Position numbers and translations under genes: made by a program. Below, one piece after another: positions 11,360-23,420 of a stretch of DNA of 25,435 nt. The notes beneath the pieces were generated by a model, which worked only from the letters and a program-made list of their open reading frames with translations, made no database searches and was not told the DNA's origin. The stretch covers positions 124,001 to 149,435 of the forward strand of contig JALDZX010000052.1 of assembly GCA_022813865.1 (NCBI GenBank), read 5' to 3'. The DNA is from Xylographa opegraphella (Eukaryota). Numbering within the stretch: position 1 is the stretch's first letter; each line of letters opens with the position of its first letter.

Positions 11360-11470
11360 ACAGAGAGAGAGAAAGAAAGAGATCAACAAGTCAGTCAACG
11401 TTTGCAGCCCTATGAGACGAACACAGAATGTGAGCCCTAAAACACGCTCGGTAGCGCCGACATATATAAA
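11360..11470 (-). promoter_or_regulatory. Probable core promoter of the glucanase gene: TATA-like box plus pyrimidine (CT) tract
   Basis: Minus strand TTTATATATG at 11470-11461 (about 235 bp upstream of the ATG), then a TCTCTTTCTTTCTCTCTCT tract at about 11382-11362, an arrangement common in fungal core promoters. Confidence 0.5.
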
Positions 11471-13061
11471 GACGGCGGCCCCCCCTCCTCGTATCCGTGA
11501 CTGACAGTGACATGGCCGGTGAAGCTATGGAGATCTCTTTGTCTAATCTTAAGGGCAGGACTGCGACGGTGGGTCCGCACATTGCAGCAGAAACATCCGG
11601 CGGACGAGCTTGTGCAGGGCGAACCAGTGGCAGCAGGCTTGGCGGGAGGATGCCGTCCGCGAGATGGACGCTTCAAGTGGAGGTTGATGTTGGTTCGCGT
11701 TGCTCAAGCAGTCTCCCTTTCATATCTCGTATGCCGGCACAGGGATGAGAAGCTGCATCACCGCTGACTGATAGGCGGCTGCCAGGGGTCTTCCTTGGCG
11801 CCAGCCACACCGAAAACAAGCTTCGTCCGCTGTAGCGCCACTCCGCCATCCTGAACGGGGGGCGATGGAATAGGAGCAATCCACGAGGCTGGTCCCCGAT
11901 TCATGCCAACTCATCAATCGCAGCGCTGTATTTCCGGAATTGTCCCTTTCAATCTGCCGAACGAGCGCAAGGAAGTTGTCGGTGGAGGCTGCGGCATTGT
12001 GCAGATCCCAAATCTCTCTGTATTTTTAGCATCCAACCTCCTGTTTCGGCGCGTCTTTAGCCCCGAACATAGGGCCGGCTTTAGTCCCAAAACGGGAGGG
12101 ATGCGCCTCCTTTCGGAGCGGAACAATCTACACGGCTAGTGGCCGATGGACATGTTCATGCTTTCAATCTTGTTTTATCTACGGAGTACAGCTTCGATTT
12201 CCAGCAACAGAGTACTTTAAAAATAGCGTTATATGAGTCTTGATTTGGATGAGTCTGACTGGGTCTTGATATCCTATGCCGCTTGGGGAGCCTGATCTTC
12301 CTTCAAAAAGCATTCGGGAGACGGAAGTCGATGGATATACAGTGTTCGTTTCACTGCTGTAAACTGACAGGCAAAACATTTCACACCAAGTGGTTGTTCC
12401 ACAAAAAGCAACAGACTTCCTGCTTTTGCACGCTGTCTACAGGTTTGATTATATCTGTATCTAGTGGTTGCATTGGATGGGAATACCGTATCCTATAAAG
12501 CTCTTCTCCTTATTCTAACCCTACCTTGGCCTCAGCATTCCCGATCCAGTCTAGTCGTTCCTTCGAAAGACTCTAAACGTGGCGTGACATCTTGATAGGC
12601 ACACAAGAACCTCACATCCGCTTGCGCTCATTCAATCAAGCCCGTATCCTCAGCAAACGTGGAGACGATTGCCTGGGGAGTTCCTTGTCCATGCTGACGT
12701 CCCCAAGAAGCTGGATTTTTGGTGGTGTTGCTGCCTCTCGCCTTCGTATGTACCAAGTGAGCGATGCCTACCAAAACCACTCTCCTTGCTGTACCTTTCG
12801 TTACTACTACATAACACTCAGCCAGCTGATACAAGAATACCAGCATGCCGCATACTGGGGCGGAGATATCGATCCACCGTAAACCAGCTGGGCTCAACGC
12901 TTCGCTCGTACATTGACATGTTGTGGCAGCGTATCCGACGTACGACCGGCTGGACGGTGTCAGTAGGAATTCCATACATCCTACATTCCAGACGGGCGCT
13001 TAGGTTTAGTGTATCGTAGCCCTCGGCCTGCTTGTCACTTTCGTGCGGATGAACCGTCCTG

Positions 13062-13159
13062 ATTCCCTCGTTCCCTCATTCAGCCAAGGACTGAGCACGG
13101 CCGATATCATATTGCCTCATTCCCTCATTCAGCCAAGGACTGAGCACGGCCGAAATCAT
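13062..13159. repeat. Tandem duplication of a 49-bp unit (46/49 identical) overlapping the MEF2 stop codon
   Basis: 13062-13110 attccctcgttccctcattcagccaaggactgagcacggccgatatcat versus 13111-13159 attgcctcattccctcattcagccaaggactgagcacggccgaaatcat. Confidence 0.95.
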
Positions 13160-16064
13160 ATTCCCCGCATCTCCTTCAGCACCGCCTTCTCCCGTTGAGA
13201 TCCCATCCGCTCAAAGCGGTCAATGGCCATGACGAAAGTCCCTCTGCCGCCCGTCAGACTTCTGAGATGCTTGAGGTAGCCTACCATTTCCTTGAGCGGC
13301 ACTCTGGCGGTGATGGTCCTCTGTCGGTTCCCGTTGCTCGCCATGGAGACTTCATCGTCGGTCAGCATGGAGGTGACGTCGAACGGATCGGGTGGAGAGT
13401 AGACTCGTCGCAGATCTATGAGTGACACATCGTCTCTCGTGTGGCCACCTCCGCTGCCGGAGACGATATCTGCATCGTCAAGGGATACGATATGGCCTCC
13501 GCGTGAAGACGAGAGGTCATGAACCACTGAACCCAAGCTGTCTTCGTCGATACTGATGATGACATTCATGACCGGCTCCATTAGCACGGTTGATACTTGC
13601 TGGAACGATTGCTTCAGAGCAGCTTGGGTGGCTAAACGAGCCGCCGAGGTCAAGGCCGATGGAGTAGTGTCGGTTCCAAAAACCTGGGTGGAGAGATCAA
13701 GGGTGACGGAAACACGTGTGCTGTGTAGAGCGAACGAGTGCTGGGGGCCACGTGCGAGTGCTGTGAGAGCACCATTCTGCAGGGCTGTCCTAATCATCGT
13801 TTCTGAGAGGTGTGGTGGAATGGAAATAGTGGACGAGTCTGATTCGATTTCCTGGTCTGCGCTCCGGATCAGATGGACGTCGATGACATTGCCGTCTTGC
13901 TGGAAGGTCGTGTCAAACCGACCGACTTCTGGCTCCGATGAAGTCTCGATCAGAGGGCTGACAGAGGCTGTACAAGCCGCCTTTCCACTTCTTCCCGCTA
14001 TTTCTCGGTCGAATAAGGCTGTAGAAGGTCCTCCTGATGCAAGGATGCATTCACGGTACCCAATCTCAATTTTTCCCATTGAAGCTTTAGCCTTCAGCTC
14101 CTGGACTAGACGATCTCTAGCAATCTCCAGATGAAGCTCGCCCATACCACTCAGAAGGGTCTGGCCGGAGTCCTCGTCAACGGAGAGATGGAGACTCGGG
14201 TCTTCACGGAGGAGTAAAGCCAGCGAATTGGCGACCGTTTGTTCCTCACTCAAGCTTTGCGATTCGATGCTTGCAAAGAATACTGGAGGTGGCACTTCGA
14301 TGGGACGAAGCTGAAGAGTATTCAGCGGGGCAGGTGGGCCTGATTTCGGGTTTGCGCCAGTATACGCCACTAACGTATCGCCCGTTCGTGCGTATTTCAA
14401 GCCAACAACCACACCGATTTGACCAGCAGAAAGAGCAGCGACTTCAACAGCGTCGGAAGCATACATCTCTAGCAGACGGGGCACTCGCTCCGAAACTTGC
14501 AGATTTGTGTTGAACAGCATCGAATTACGCTGTACAGTACCATGATACACACGTACATACACGAGGACTCCCCTCTTGGGATCGTTGACGACCTTGAATG
14601 CAAGGGCACATGACTCTAATTTGGCAACTGCGGCGGACGAAGACTTCTTTGATGATACTGCATGCTTCGCTTTGGACGGAACGACTGCTGTTGTGAGAGC
14701 CATCTTGGCTTGAATCAGCTGTCTTAGCCCCCCTCTCGTTCCTCCAACGCTAATCTCTGGGTCCGGGCTCTCTTCTGGACTTGGCAAGAGACTGATTACA
14801 GCGTCGAGTAGAGGTTGGACTCCAATGTTCCGAAAACTAGCCCCTGCAAATACAGGCACAAGATTTTTCTGGTCCAATACACATCGACGAAGAGCAGCCG
14901 TGATATCCTCGGCCAGTATGGCCATGTGATCCTCGTTACATTCGAGATACTTTTCGATAATCAAATCATCGTGTTCACCGAGCAGCTCAACAAGTGCTGT
15001 TCGAGCTCTGCGAGTCGTTTCCGCAAGCTTTGGCTCCAATGCTTCAAGCTCGTCTAGGCCCATGATTTTCATAATTTTACCATCTCCACCGTCGGGCCAG
15101 TGCAGTCCTTTGAGTCCGACAATGTCAACTATACCAGCGAAACGACCATTTCCGCCCTCAAACCAAGGTATCTGGCACACTGCGGGCCATGTATGAAGCT
15201 TGGAAGCAATCTCTTTGATTGTCTTTCCAAAAGCAGCACCGTCTCGATCCAACTTGTTTACGTAGATGACCTTAGGTATCTTGTACGTTGCTGCTTGATA
15301 CCAAACCTTTTCCGTCTGAGCCTCGACGCCAGCTACGCCATCTAGAATGCAAATGGCTCCGTCGAGAATCCTCAGAGAGCGAAGTACCTCGAAGGTAAAG
15401 TCGGCATGTCCAGGTGTATCTATCAGATTGATAGTATGAGGCTCCACGATTGAGGAAAGAGGCACTACTGGCTTTCCTATAGCACCAACGGCTGCTCTAT
15501 TCTCTGTCTTCAAGGCTGGCCAATGGAAAGTAATGGCAGCTGATTGTATGGTAATGCCTCGAGCTCTCTCTGCTGGCAGAAAATCTGTCACTGTCGAGCC
15601 ATCATCGACATCTAGAATGGTAATCAGAACCGAACAGTAGGCCACGTTGAGCAGAATGAGAAAACAAAGCAAGAGCAGCAACAGTTTAGAAAAAGGAACA
15701 TTTGATATACAACTTGATACTGCAGAGACACTGAAATAACAAAATTTGAAAGGTGATAGGGGGAAAATACCGCCAATTCTGCGTGTATAGCCACTATAAT
15801 AGAGCATACGCTCTGTCGTCGTTGTTTTGCCCTTCAGAAGACTTAGCACAAAGTACGGCTAGGAGAATGATGAATCTGCCGAACAGCATCAATATGTGCA
15901 ATAATTCCAATATTTCTTGTCTTCCAGAGCGCTTTGGAATCGGAACCAGCACTATCATGGAGGAACTTTCTTGTGAACGCCCCTTGGGACAGGGCCAGGC
16001 TGGATCTCTGGCATGTAAGCTGAGGTGTGAGAATGGCCCATCTTGGGCCAAAGATAGTCTGCAT
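13156..16064 (-). CDS. MEF2: Mitochondrial ribosome-releasing factor 2 (EF-G2mt/RRF2mt), about 898 aa
   Basis: Exons 16064-15885, 15831-15771, 15611-13156; introns 15884-15832 and 15770-15612. Splicing restores [25 protein letters not shown] (G1), [26 protein letters not shown] (G2), DTPGHADF (G3), NKLD (G4), [10 protein letters not shown] and LRSLTGGRG. The N-terminus resembles a mitochondrial presequence. Confidence 0.93.
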
Positions 16065-16346
16065 CTACAAGCAAAAGGCTCGATGTATATAAAATTAAAC
16101 TGAAAATGAAATGCTTCTGTAGACCAGTCGGCACTAGTTACGTAATTCGAGGTCCACACCATTGGTCACCGTTAATTCACAAATCAGCTCTCACGGCAAC
16201 AGCTTTGAGTACATGTTGTGCTTTTGTCCAAGGAGAAAGCAGATCAAGGAAGCACATCCAGAGTAATTACGGTATGGCAAACATCATCATGAGGGGTAAT
16301 CTTCCATCTCGCATCCGGGCCTACTGACACCAATTTCCAGCGCCTC
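16065..16346. promoter_or_regulatory. Compact divergent (likely bidirectional) promoter between MEF2 and VPS17
   Basis: Head-to-head start codons only 282 bp apart. Confidence 0.6.
16272..16340 (+). other. Probable 5'UTR intron of VPS17
   Basis: GTATGG donor at 16272, TACTGAC branch point 16322-16328, TTTCCAG acceptor ending 16340, 6 nt before the ATG; 69 nt long. Confidence 0.6.
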
Positions 16347-18315
16347 ATGGATTACTCCCAGCTACCGAACGATCCAGACCACCCTCCCGGGACATCACCC
16401 TGGCAAACTTCACCTCGACAATCAAGGGGAGAGAGCTTTATTAATTCTGTCAGCGGAAGTGAGCCCCCGTCGCCAATCGCTACGAACCCTTCCTATCAGA
16501 GTGGGGCTCCTACGCCAAGTCAAGAGCAAGGAAGTGATCAAGGTACACTGGTAGCAGGGAGCAGGGAGTACTTGGGTGCTGAGGATTCTGAGCCCTCAGA
16601 AGCGCCTACGGAGAATGGGAGCTCTCCGGACCTGTCGACCCGATTGCAGAGTCCGCCGCTGACGGAGGGAGAATTTTCCTCGCAGCAACAACAATACTTG
16701 CAGCAGCAACAACAGCAACAACAACAAAGGCAGCACTCGTATCAGCAACAACAGAGACCCAGTAGGTATCAGTCAGGCAATCGGCCTACACAGCGGCAAA
16801 ACGTCCCACAACCAAAACTACAAGCGAAGATTACCGGCCTCGAGCGGACAGGAAGGAAGGATCCTATTCTACGATTCGATGTACATGTAAGTATATCGCA
16901 GCTTTCTAGATTCTGTCGTACTTATTACTGTAGACCAATCTTCCGCGCTTTCGAACCACCCAGTTTCGCGATGTTCGGCGTACGCACTCGGAATTTGTGA
17001 AGCTAGCGGATCATCTTATCTCTGCAAACCCAGATGCGTTCGTTCCAGCAGTGCCTCCTCCAGTCACAGCTGCTGGGGCTGGCACCGACGAAGATGAGGC
17101 TCGTGTTAAAAGCTCGTTACAAAGGTGGTTGAATTATGTATGTGGGAATGAGGTCTTGATGCGCGACGAAGAGATGATTCTCTTTGTAGAGAGTGATTTT
17201 GGCTACAGCCCTGTAGTTAGAATGAAGCAGCCGGCTACTGGTGTTCGAAGACGAGTCTTGAAGCAATTCGCCCCTCCTCCAGACGATACCCCCGAGCTTC
17301 ACGAAGCTCGTCCAGTGGTTAAGCTTTTCTATCTCGGTGCAATGGACACAGGTCAAAAGGTTGACCGCGTAGTGAAAGCTCGACGAGGTATGTGGCAGAG
17401 TCTTGAGTCTTATCGGGAATTCGACTGACCATGTAACATCAACCAGGTCTGGGCCTTGCAGAATCCGATCTCGGGGTCAAGATCGGCCAGATGCATGTCC
17501 AAGAAACACACCCAGGCCTCTCCAGCGCTTTCAAGAAACTCGGCCGCACGATCCAAACCACAGGCGACTACCACGCCGCCCAAGGAACCGCTGAAGCGAC
17601 CACCCTCTCCGACCCTCTAGCCTACCATTCCAACGACGCCTTCATCGTCAAAGAGACCCTCACCAACCGCCACATCCTTCTCCGGGAGCTCGTCCAAGCC
17701 CAACAAGCCACCCGGAGCAAGCTCAGCGCCGCCGACCGCCTCAAAGCTTCCGCCAGCGTGCGCCGCGAGAAAGTCGACGAAGCGATCTCCGCCCTCGACG
17801 AGGCCAAGAGCCACGAGCAACACCTCTTCCAGAAATCACAGCGCGTGACCGCAAACCTCCTCCACGAGAAACGCCGCTGGTTTGCCCGCACGTCCGCCGA
17901 TCTGCGCGCCAGCATCCGCGAGTACGTCATCCGCGAGATCGAGGTCGAGCGCCGCACGCTTGCCACCCTCGAGTCTGTCAGGCCAGACATCCGCTCCATC
18001 GATGCCAGCGGTGGGCTGTCTCGCCTCGGCAGGGAGACACACCCCGCTTCTCGACGGGCCAGCATGGCGGCTTCACAGGGTCCTCGTGGCGATGCATGGA
18101 GCGGTGTCCCACGCAGAGGTGATCAGCTGAACAGGAGCATCAGCGGAGGATTCGGAGGCCAGGCACTGCCGGAGGAGACAAAGGAGCAGGTGGCGGATGC
18201 GCAGCGGCCTGGAAGCTCGGCTGGGAGTTCGCTGGGACAGGTGAAAGAGGACGATGACGAGGATAGAGTAGATGCCAGGAACGCGGCGAGTCGGCTGGCG
18301 ACGAGCACGTTTTAG
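16347..18315 (+). CDS. VPS17: Vacuolar protein sorting protein 17 (retromer PX-BAR sorting nexin), 620 aa
   Basis: Exons 16347-16886, 16934-17387, 17447-18315; introns 16887-16933 and 17388-17446. LQAKITGLERTGRKDPILRFDVH|TNLPRFRTTQFRDVRRTHSEFVKLADHL (PX domain), LKQFAPPPDDTPEL, BAR region KETLTNRHILLREL, C-terminus RVDARNAASRLATSTF. Confidence 0.95.
16683..16753 (+). repeat. CAG/CAA polyglutamine tract in the Vps17 N-terminal region
   Basis: Encodes QQQQYLQQQQQQQQQRQHSYQQQQ. Confidence 0.9.
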
Positions 18316-18695
18316 GAAAGAAGAGCCGCGAAAAGAACAGGTTGGGTTGAAAAATGTAGATGTGCAGGCAGTCCGAGGTGGATCGAGTATGAGTCTCCGT
18401 ATAGATATATTCTACTGTGGCCAACGCTCAGGTCTCGTGGTTTCATTTCTGGCTGCTACACTATTGGTACCTCCGCCCATCACAGCAATGTTAGAGACTA
18501 TTCGGACATGACTATGGCACTGAGACCAATGAAAGCAGAATGCTAGTTGTATTGACTGCGAAAGCCCCTGCTATGCTGGGCATATCCAACAACGATTATG
18601 CTATGCAAGCTCTGCTCGGATCCCAAACGCTAAGGATAGACATCCACGGAATACTGCTTGAGGATTGGGCAGTACGCCATCAATATTGGACAGAC

Positions 18696-21600
18696 TCAGA
18701 GTTCCTCCTGCAAGCCCTGCGCCGGAATTAGTGTCTCGTCTGTAGCGCTAACCACTTCCACTTTCTGTTCCGCGTCACCGAGTTCTCTTCCCCTTTCCAC
18801 AACGCCTTTGAGCACCTTCAGCTTCGCCTCCGTGACTCCAATCGCCCAATCGATTTCCCGCTCCCCGACGCCCTTCATCTCATTTATTTTGGTCTTCATC
18901 CCTCTGCCCTTCAATATCTCTCGCTTCTCATCCTTCGCTCTCCTACTAGAGTCACCATTGCCAGCCTTCGCAGCAGCAGCAGGATATCCGAAGCCGCCCC
19001 CATCGCTCATACCCACGCGTTCCTCCAGCCAGTCCCAGAGTGCAGACTCTTCGGCTCGCCAGATCTCTTCATACGCAGCGATACGCTGGGGTGTGAGACC
19101 TGGGGAGTAGGGTTCTATCCCAGAAGAGGAAGAACGAAGGCGGGAATTTCGGAACCAGGAAATGATAAGCAGGAAGATTAGGAGGCCAATAAGGGATTGG
19201 GCGGTCAGCAGTGGTTGGAATATGTCCAGGACAGGACTGAGGATGTCGTGAAGAGGCTCCAGCGGACCCCAATTGGACTTTTGGGTTGCGGCTTCGTTAG
19301 CTTTGGAGGCAGCAGATGCTTTGGTGTCGTCAGCATCTCCCTTCTTCTTGCGGCCCTTCTTCATTCTAGAGCCGCTGGTGCCTGCACGAGGTCGGCTGGT
19401 CAGGCCAGCGCGGAGAGATTTTACGAGATCGTTGGCATAGGTCAGCTGACCATCATTCGCGCCGCTTTCGATAGGACCTATATTTGAATCTTGTCAGCCT
19501 CTTGCTCACCGATGTGGATTCGCATAAACTGTATTCGAAAAGGTATCAAGGAACAAACCCTTCAGCCAGCTTTTGCCTGTCCACTCGATCATGCAGCTCA
19601 TGATTAACCTAGTACCATTATCTGGGCCCCACATTATACAATATCGTGTCTTGGTACTAAACACGCTTCCACTAGGCACATCGGGTGTTTGTGTAGTCAC
19701 AGTCACCGAAACAGATCGCTCGAGGTCAATAAAATCCAGCACTTCTGTTGTTATGCACTTCGTCTTCTTGGGTCCGATGGCTCCCGAAAGAGGTTTTATG
19801 TAAGAGTACGTTCTACTCTTGTTGTCGCCACTTAGACCTTTCTTATCGTCCTCCAGCTGTAGCTCCATAGCCTTTACTTCGTCGAGAAGGAATCTTGTGA
19901 CGAAACCCCCGGAAGTTGGACCAAAAAGCATAGAATAGATTTTTCCCAAAGGTGCAGGAATAATTTCATCCTTCAGTACGTTGGAGTAATGCTGCGTACT
20001 ATCAGTGCATTCAGTCGGTGCATGGGTTGGTGGACCTGGAAAGTCGGTGGCTGCTGCTGCTGCTGCTCCAGCCTTCTCCGCAGCCTTCGTATCACTCGGT
20101 GTGGGAACAGAGCCAGCTGCTTGACCAGCAGCAACACCGACCGCGGATGCCTTTCGGGCGACAGATTTTTGTTGCGGTTCTGGAGGCTCGCTGCCTACCA
20201 CACTTCCGTTGAGAGTCTCCACGAAGCTACCAGCTCCCTCATCGTCCTCATCATCCTCATCGTAGACTTCTTCATCGTCTTCGGAACCTTCGGAGCCTTC
20301 ACCACTTTCACTGGGCTCAACCTTCTCGGTTTTGGTTCCTGTGCCACCGTTGACTAGTTTGACACCATTCTCTGAGCTCTGCAATCCAGGATGGCTGATC
20401 TTCCAAATTCCAATCAACAGATCATAGGTAGCCTCCCTACTAAGCAAACTTCGGAATGTATGGCGAGCGTGAAGGGTCTGTATTGCGATAGCGTTTGGGA
20501 AGACCATCGCTGTCGTTTCCTTCTCGACAGAAACGACTTCATCAAAGCTTATTACCAATGTGGTTATCCAACCCAAGATATTACTAGAAAAGCATATGTG
20601 TCCTTCAGAGACATAGATCCTTCCTGCGAGGATAATATCTCGCTGAAGCGCACAACTATAGTCCTCGATGAGGTAATCATCCTCAGGTACACTCCGAAAG
20701 AGCTGGTGAAAATCCCTGTTACGCTTCTTGCTGGCAACTGCGAACCCTGTCAACTTTGGAACACTGCTATTGACGCCGGGACTCATTAGAGTAGTATGGC
20801 TTGCGTTTATCATAGCGCCAATTGTCGTCCCTGTAGAGTTTGATCCGTTTCGGCGCCTTTTCACCTTGTCAACCTTACTTCGTATACTAGCATTACGGAA
20901 AATGCCGCCACTTTCACCTTCGTAGATGCTTCCGTTTGGTGGTGTCTTGTCTCCGGAAACGCTGGGTTCGTAGTTTGACTTTGGTCTACTTATAGCTAGA
21001 GTATCCTCTGCGGTTGGAGTTGTTGTGGTACCGGGATCTGCTTTTTCACCGTATGCCACAGATACAGCGCGAGCGGCGAAAACATCTTCAGCACGAGCAG
21101 CAGCCTCTTCTCGATGGACTGAGTCAACGTTGCTATCACCACCAGTCAAAGCAGGACTGACAGCTGTGGTTGCCTGAGAAAGCGCATCACTCGATATGCC
21201 GAGCTGACTCAAACTCAGATCACCGGAACCGATTGTGTCAACAGCGAGCTTTCTAGGCTGGTCGACCGGGTGAGTTGCATCCTGATTCTCAGCAACGGCC
21301 AAGATTTCGGACGGCCTTTCTTCCGTATCACCAGTACCACTTCTTGACCGAGATGGGTTATTCCCTATCGTGTTGGTGAAAGTGTTTGCAGCATTTTGAG
21401 CGGCCACGAATACCGACGAGAAGAACCCAGTAGAAGACGCAGCATTCCCTGAAGTAGTCCGAGAGCCTGGTGTCTTGGTCTCTTCCATCATCGGCGTAAG
21501 TGGAGCAGACATTGCATTAGAAAGTTTACTGGGCTGGTGAGTGGCAGAGTCTGACCTTACTCGCCGATGAGACGGCACGTAGGAGGGTAGGTTGCCCTTA

Positions 21601-23038
21601 CTGGAATTGACAGCGTCAGGACTGTTGGAGCCAGTCGGTGCGTCAATTTTGGCGTATAACGATGTTCCAGAAGCTCCTTCAACGCCACCATCTACCGGTG
21701 TTGGCGGTGTGACTGTGGTGATTGGTGCCTCAAGGGACGAGCGAGGTGGAGTTGCCGGAACAGTATTGAGAGATGGGAGACTTTTGTTACTTGATTGTGC
21801 CTCCGTATTCATAGTCTTCAGAACTGCTGGAGCGACTGGAGCGGCTGTAGTACTATCTGCCACCTTAGATGACCGGCGTGAGGATATACTACCAATTCGG
21901 TCTTTGCTAAAGAGCGCACCCAGTGAGGTTCCAGGCCCAGATGACCCCGTTTTACGTTCAGGACTTCCATTGTGTGTGCTATTCTTACGAGAACCTGGCT
22001 TAAATGCCTCCTTTAGTCTGAAACCCGGAGAGACGCTCCGGGACACTGACCTCCCAGATCCCAGTGAATCCACAGAATAAGTAGACTCGCCGGTAAGAGG
22101 TCCTGGGCTAAATATCTCTTCACTGGTCAGGTTTGTGTTGATAGATGGAGTACTGGTGGTTGTAGGAGGGTTACTCGTGGACTCAGCAGCCTGGACGGAA
22201 ATTAATGGGCTGTAGTTGAAAGGCGGCGAGATAGACTCTTCTGGAATAGCCGCAGCCTTCACAACCGGAGAGGACGACGTCAGATAGCCAATATGCGACT
22301 CATGGCTAACCAGTGGAGGGGCAGCACTATGGGTTCTATTATTTTCAAATTAGCATTCGGGAAACGTTCCTTGAAACGCGTGTGGCACGGAGCAGAGATA
22401 TGTAATATGGTCTTTTGTGCAGCTTTGAGACTGTCTGCTGGATCTTCGTGAGCCATATTGAGGCAAGGTATCCAATGTTGATGTGATTCGTTGATACGGG
22501 CTGCAATGAAATGGTTTGGACTATGCAGGCAGCACACAGCTCTCACTCTTGAGGAGAGCAATGAAACGAGCCTGAGGAAAGAGATTATGGGAACAGCAAC
22601 TCACTGTTCTTCTTCGGAGTCTTCTGTCATCTGACTGCTCCCATCGTCGTCATCCAAGATACTCTGGTTCTCACTGCTCAATCCTGTGCCAGTGGCAGCC
22701 TCGCCATCCCCGGCACGTCGTCCACGCGGTCCTTCCGCATCTTCAGCCTCCTCCTTTGCCCTGCGCTTCCGCTCTTTCCTTTTCCGCGTCCCAGGTATCA
22801 GTTTAGCAATACTGACTCCACTCGATGTATCAGACGGATCGTTATCCTTACGCGCGGCGTTCTTGATCTTTTCCAGCGCAGAATCCATAGAGTCACGGAG
22901 GCCATGACTTTCATTGCTCCCTTCAGAGGCCGGAAATGAGGTTGTAGAGGAGTTGTCGAGCTTATTTCGTCGAGCTTTTGCAAGCATGCCCTTCAATCCA
23001 AGGCCGGAGGGAGCGGGAGAGACCTCTCCAGAAGCCAT
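18696..23038 (-). CDS. GRAM + VASt (StART-like) + transmembrane membrane-contact-site sterol transfer protein, Ysp2/Lam/Ltc family, about 1327 aa
   Basis: Exons 23038-22605, 22326-19559, 19477-18696; introns 22604-22327 (278 nt, GTGAGT..GCTAAT..TAG) and 19558-19478, both phase-consistent. GRAM: RNRDFHQLFRSVPEDDYLIEDYSCALQRDIILAGRIYVSEGHICFSSNILGW. VASt: YSYIKPLSGAIGPK..TQTPDVPSGSVFSTKTRY..WTGKSWLKGPIESGANDGQ. TM: LIGLLIFLLIISWF, then YEEIWRAEESALWDWLEERVG. The exact yeast orthologue (Ysp2/Lam4 or Lam5/6) cannot be resolved by eye. Confidence 0.9.
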
Positions 23039-23420
23039 GAGTACGGATGGGTTTTGTGTTCGGGGAGTAATAGTTTTGGTATCTTATCTATATTAATGTT
23101 CGCTGCATAAGATACGACCATTGAACAAAGACCGGCATGGTGTACTCAAGATGTTGCAGATGCGTTCGGCACTTTGCTCGTCAGCCCTCCATCATAGAGA
23201 AGGGATTCAAGCGCAGAAGTGGCTTAAGCTTCACGGGAATTAGGTTTAGTTGCCGAAGTGTGGCGTCATTGTTGATCATTCTTCGGTGTTCTAAACTAGC
23301 ACATACAGAGTACCTTAATATACCTCTTGTGATGCACCGTTGATTGACGCGACAGAGCCATATGGTAGATGAAAACACGGTGGACCTTTGCACTCCTTGA
23401 AGTCACAATATCTCCAAAAA
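23039..23420. promoter_or_regulatory. Divergent promoter region between the LAM-family gene and the Atg38-like gene
   Basis: Head-to-head start codons 382 bp apart. Confidence 0.55.

Noticed and set aside
13062..13159. Direct repeats as a CRISPR-like array
   Set aside because: Eukaryotic locus, two copies only, and the intervening sequence is also duplicated, so there are no unique spacers.
15612..15771. Stwintron or C/D-box snoRNA in MEF2 intron 2
   Set aside because: A [D1,2] stwintron reading would shift exon 3 out of frame, no internal branch point is evident, and there is no RUGAUGA C box.
15832..15849. ORF-track start of the 897-aa MEF2 ORF (MLSLLK)
   Set aside because: Lies within intron 1; the true P-loop AHIDAGKT needs the upstream exon 16064-15885.
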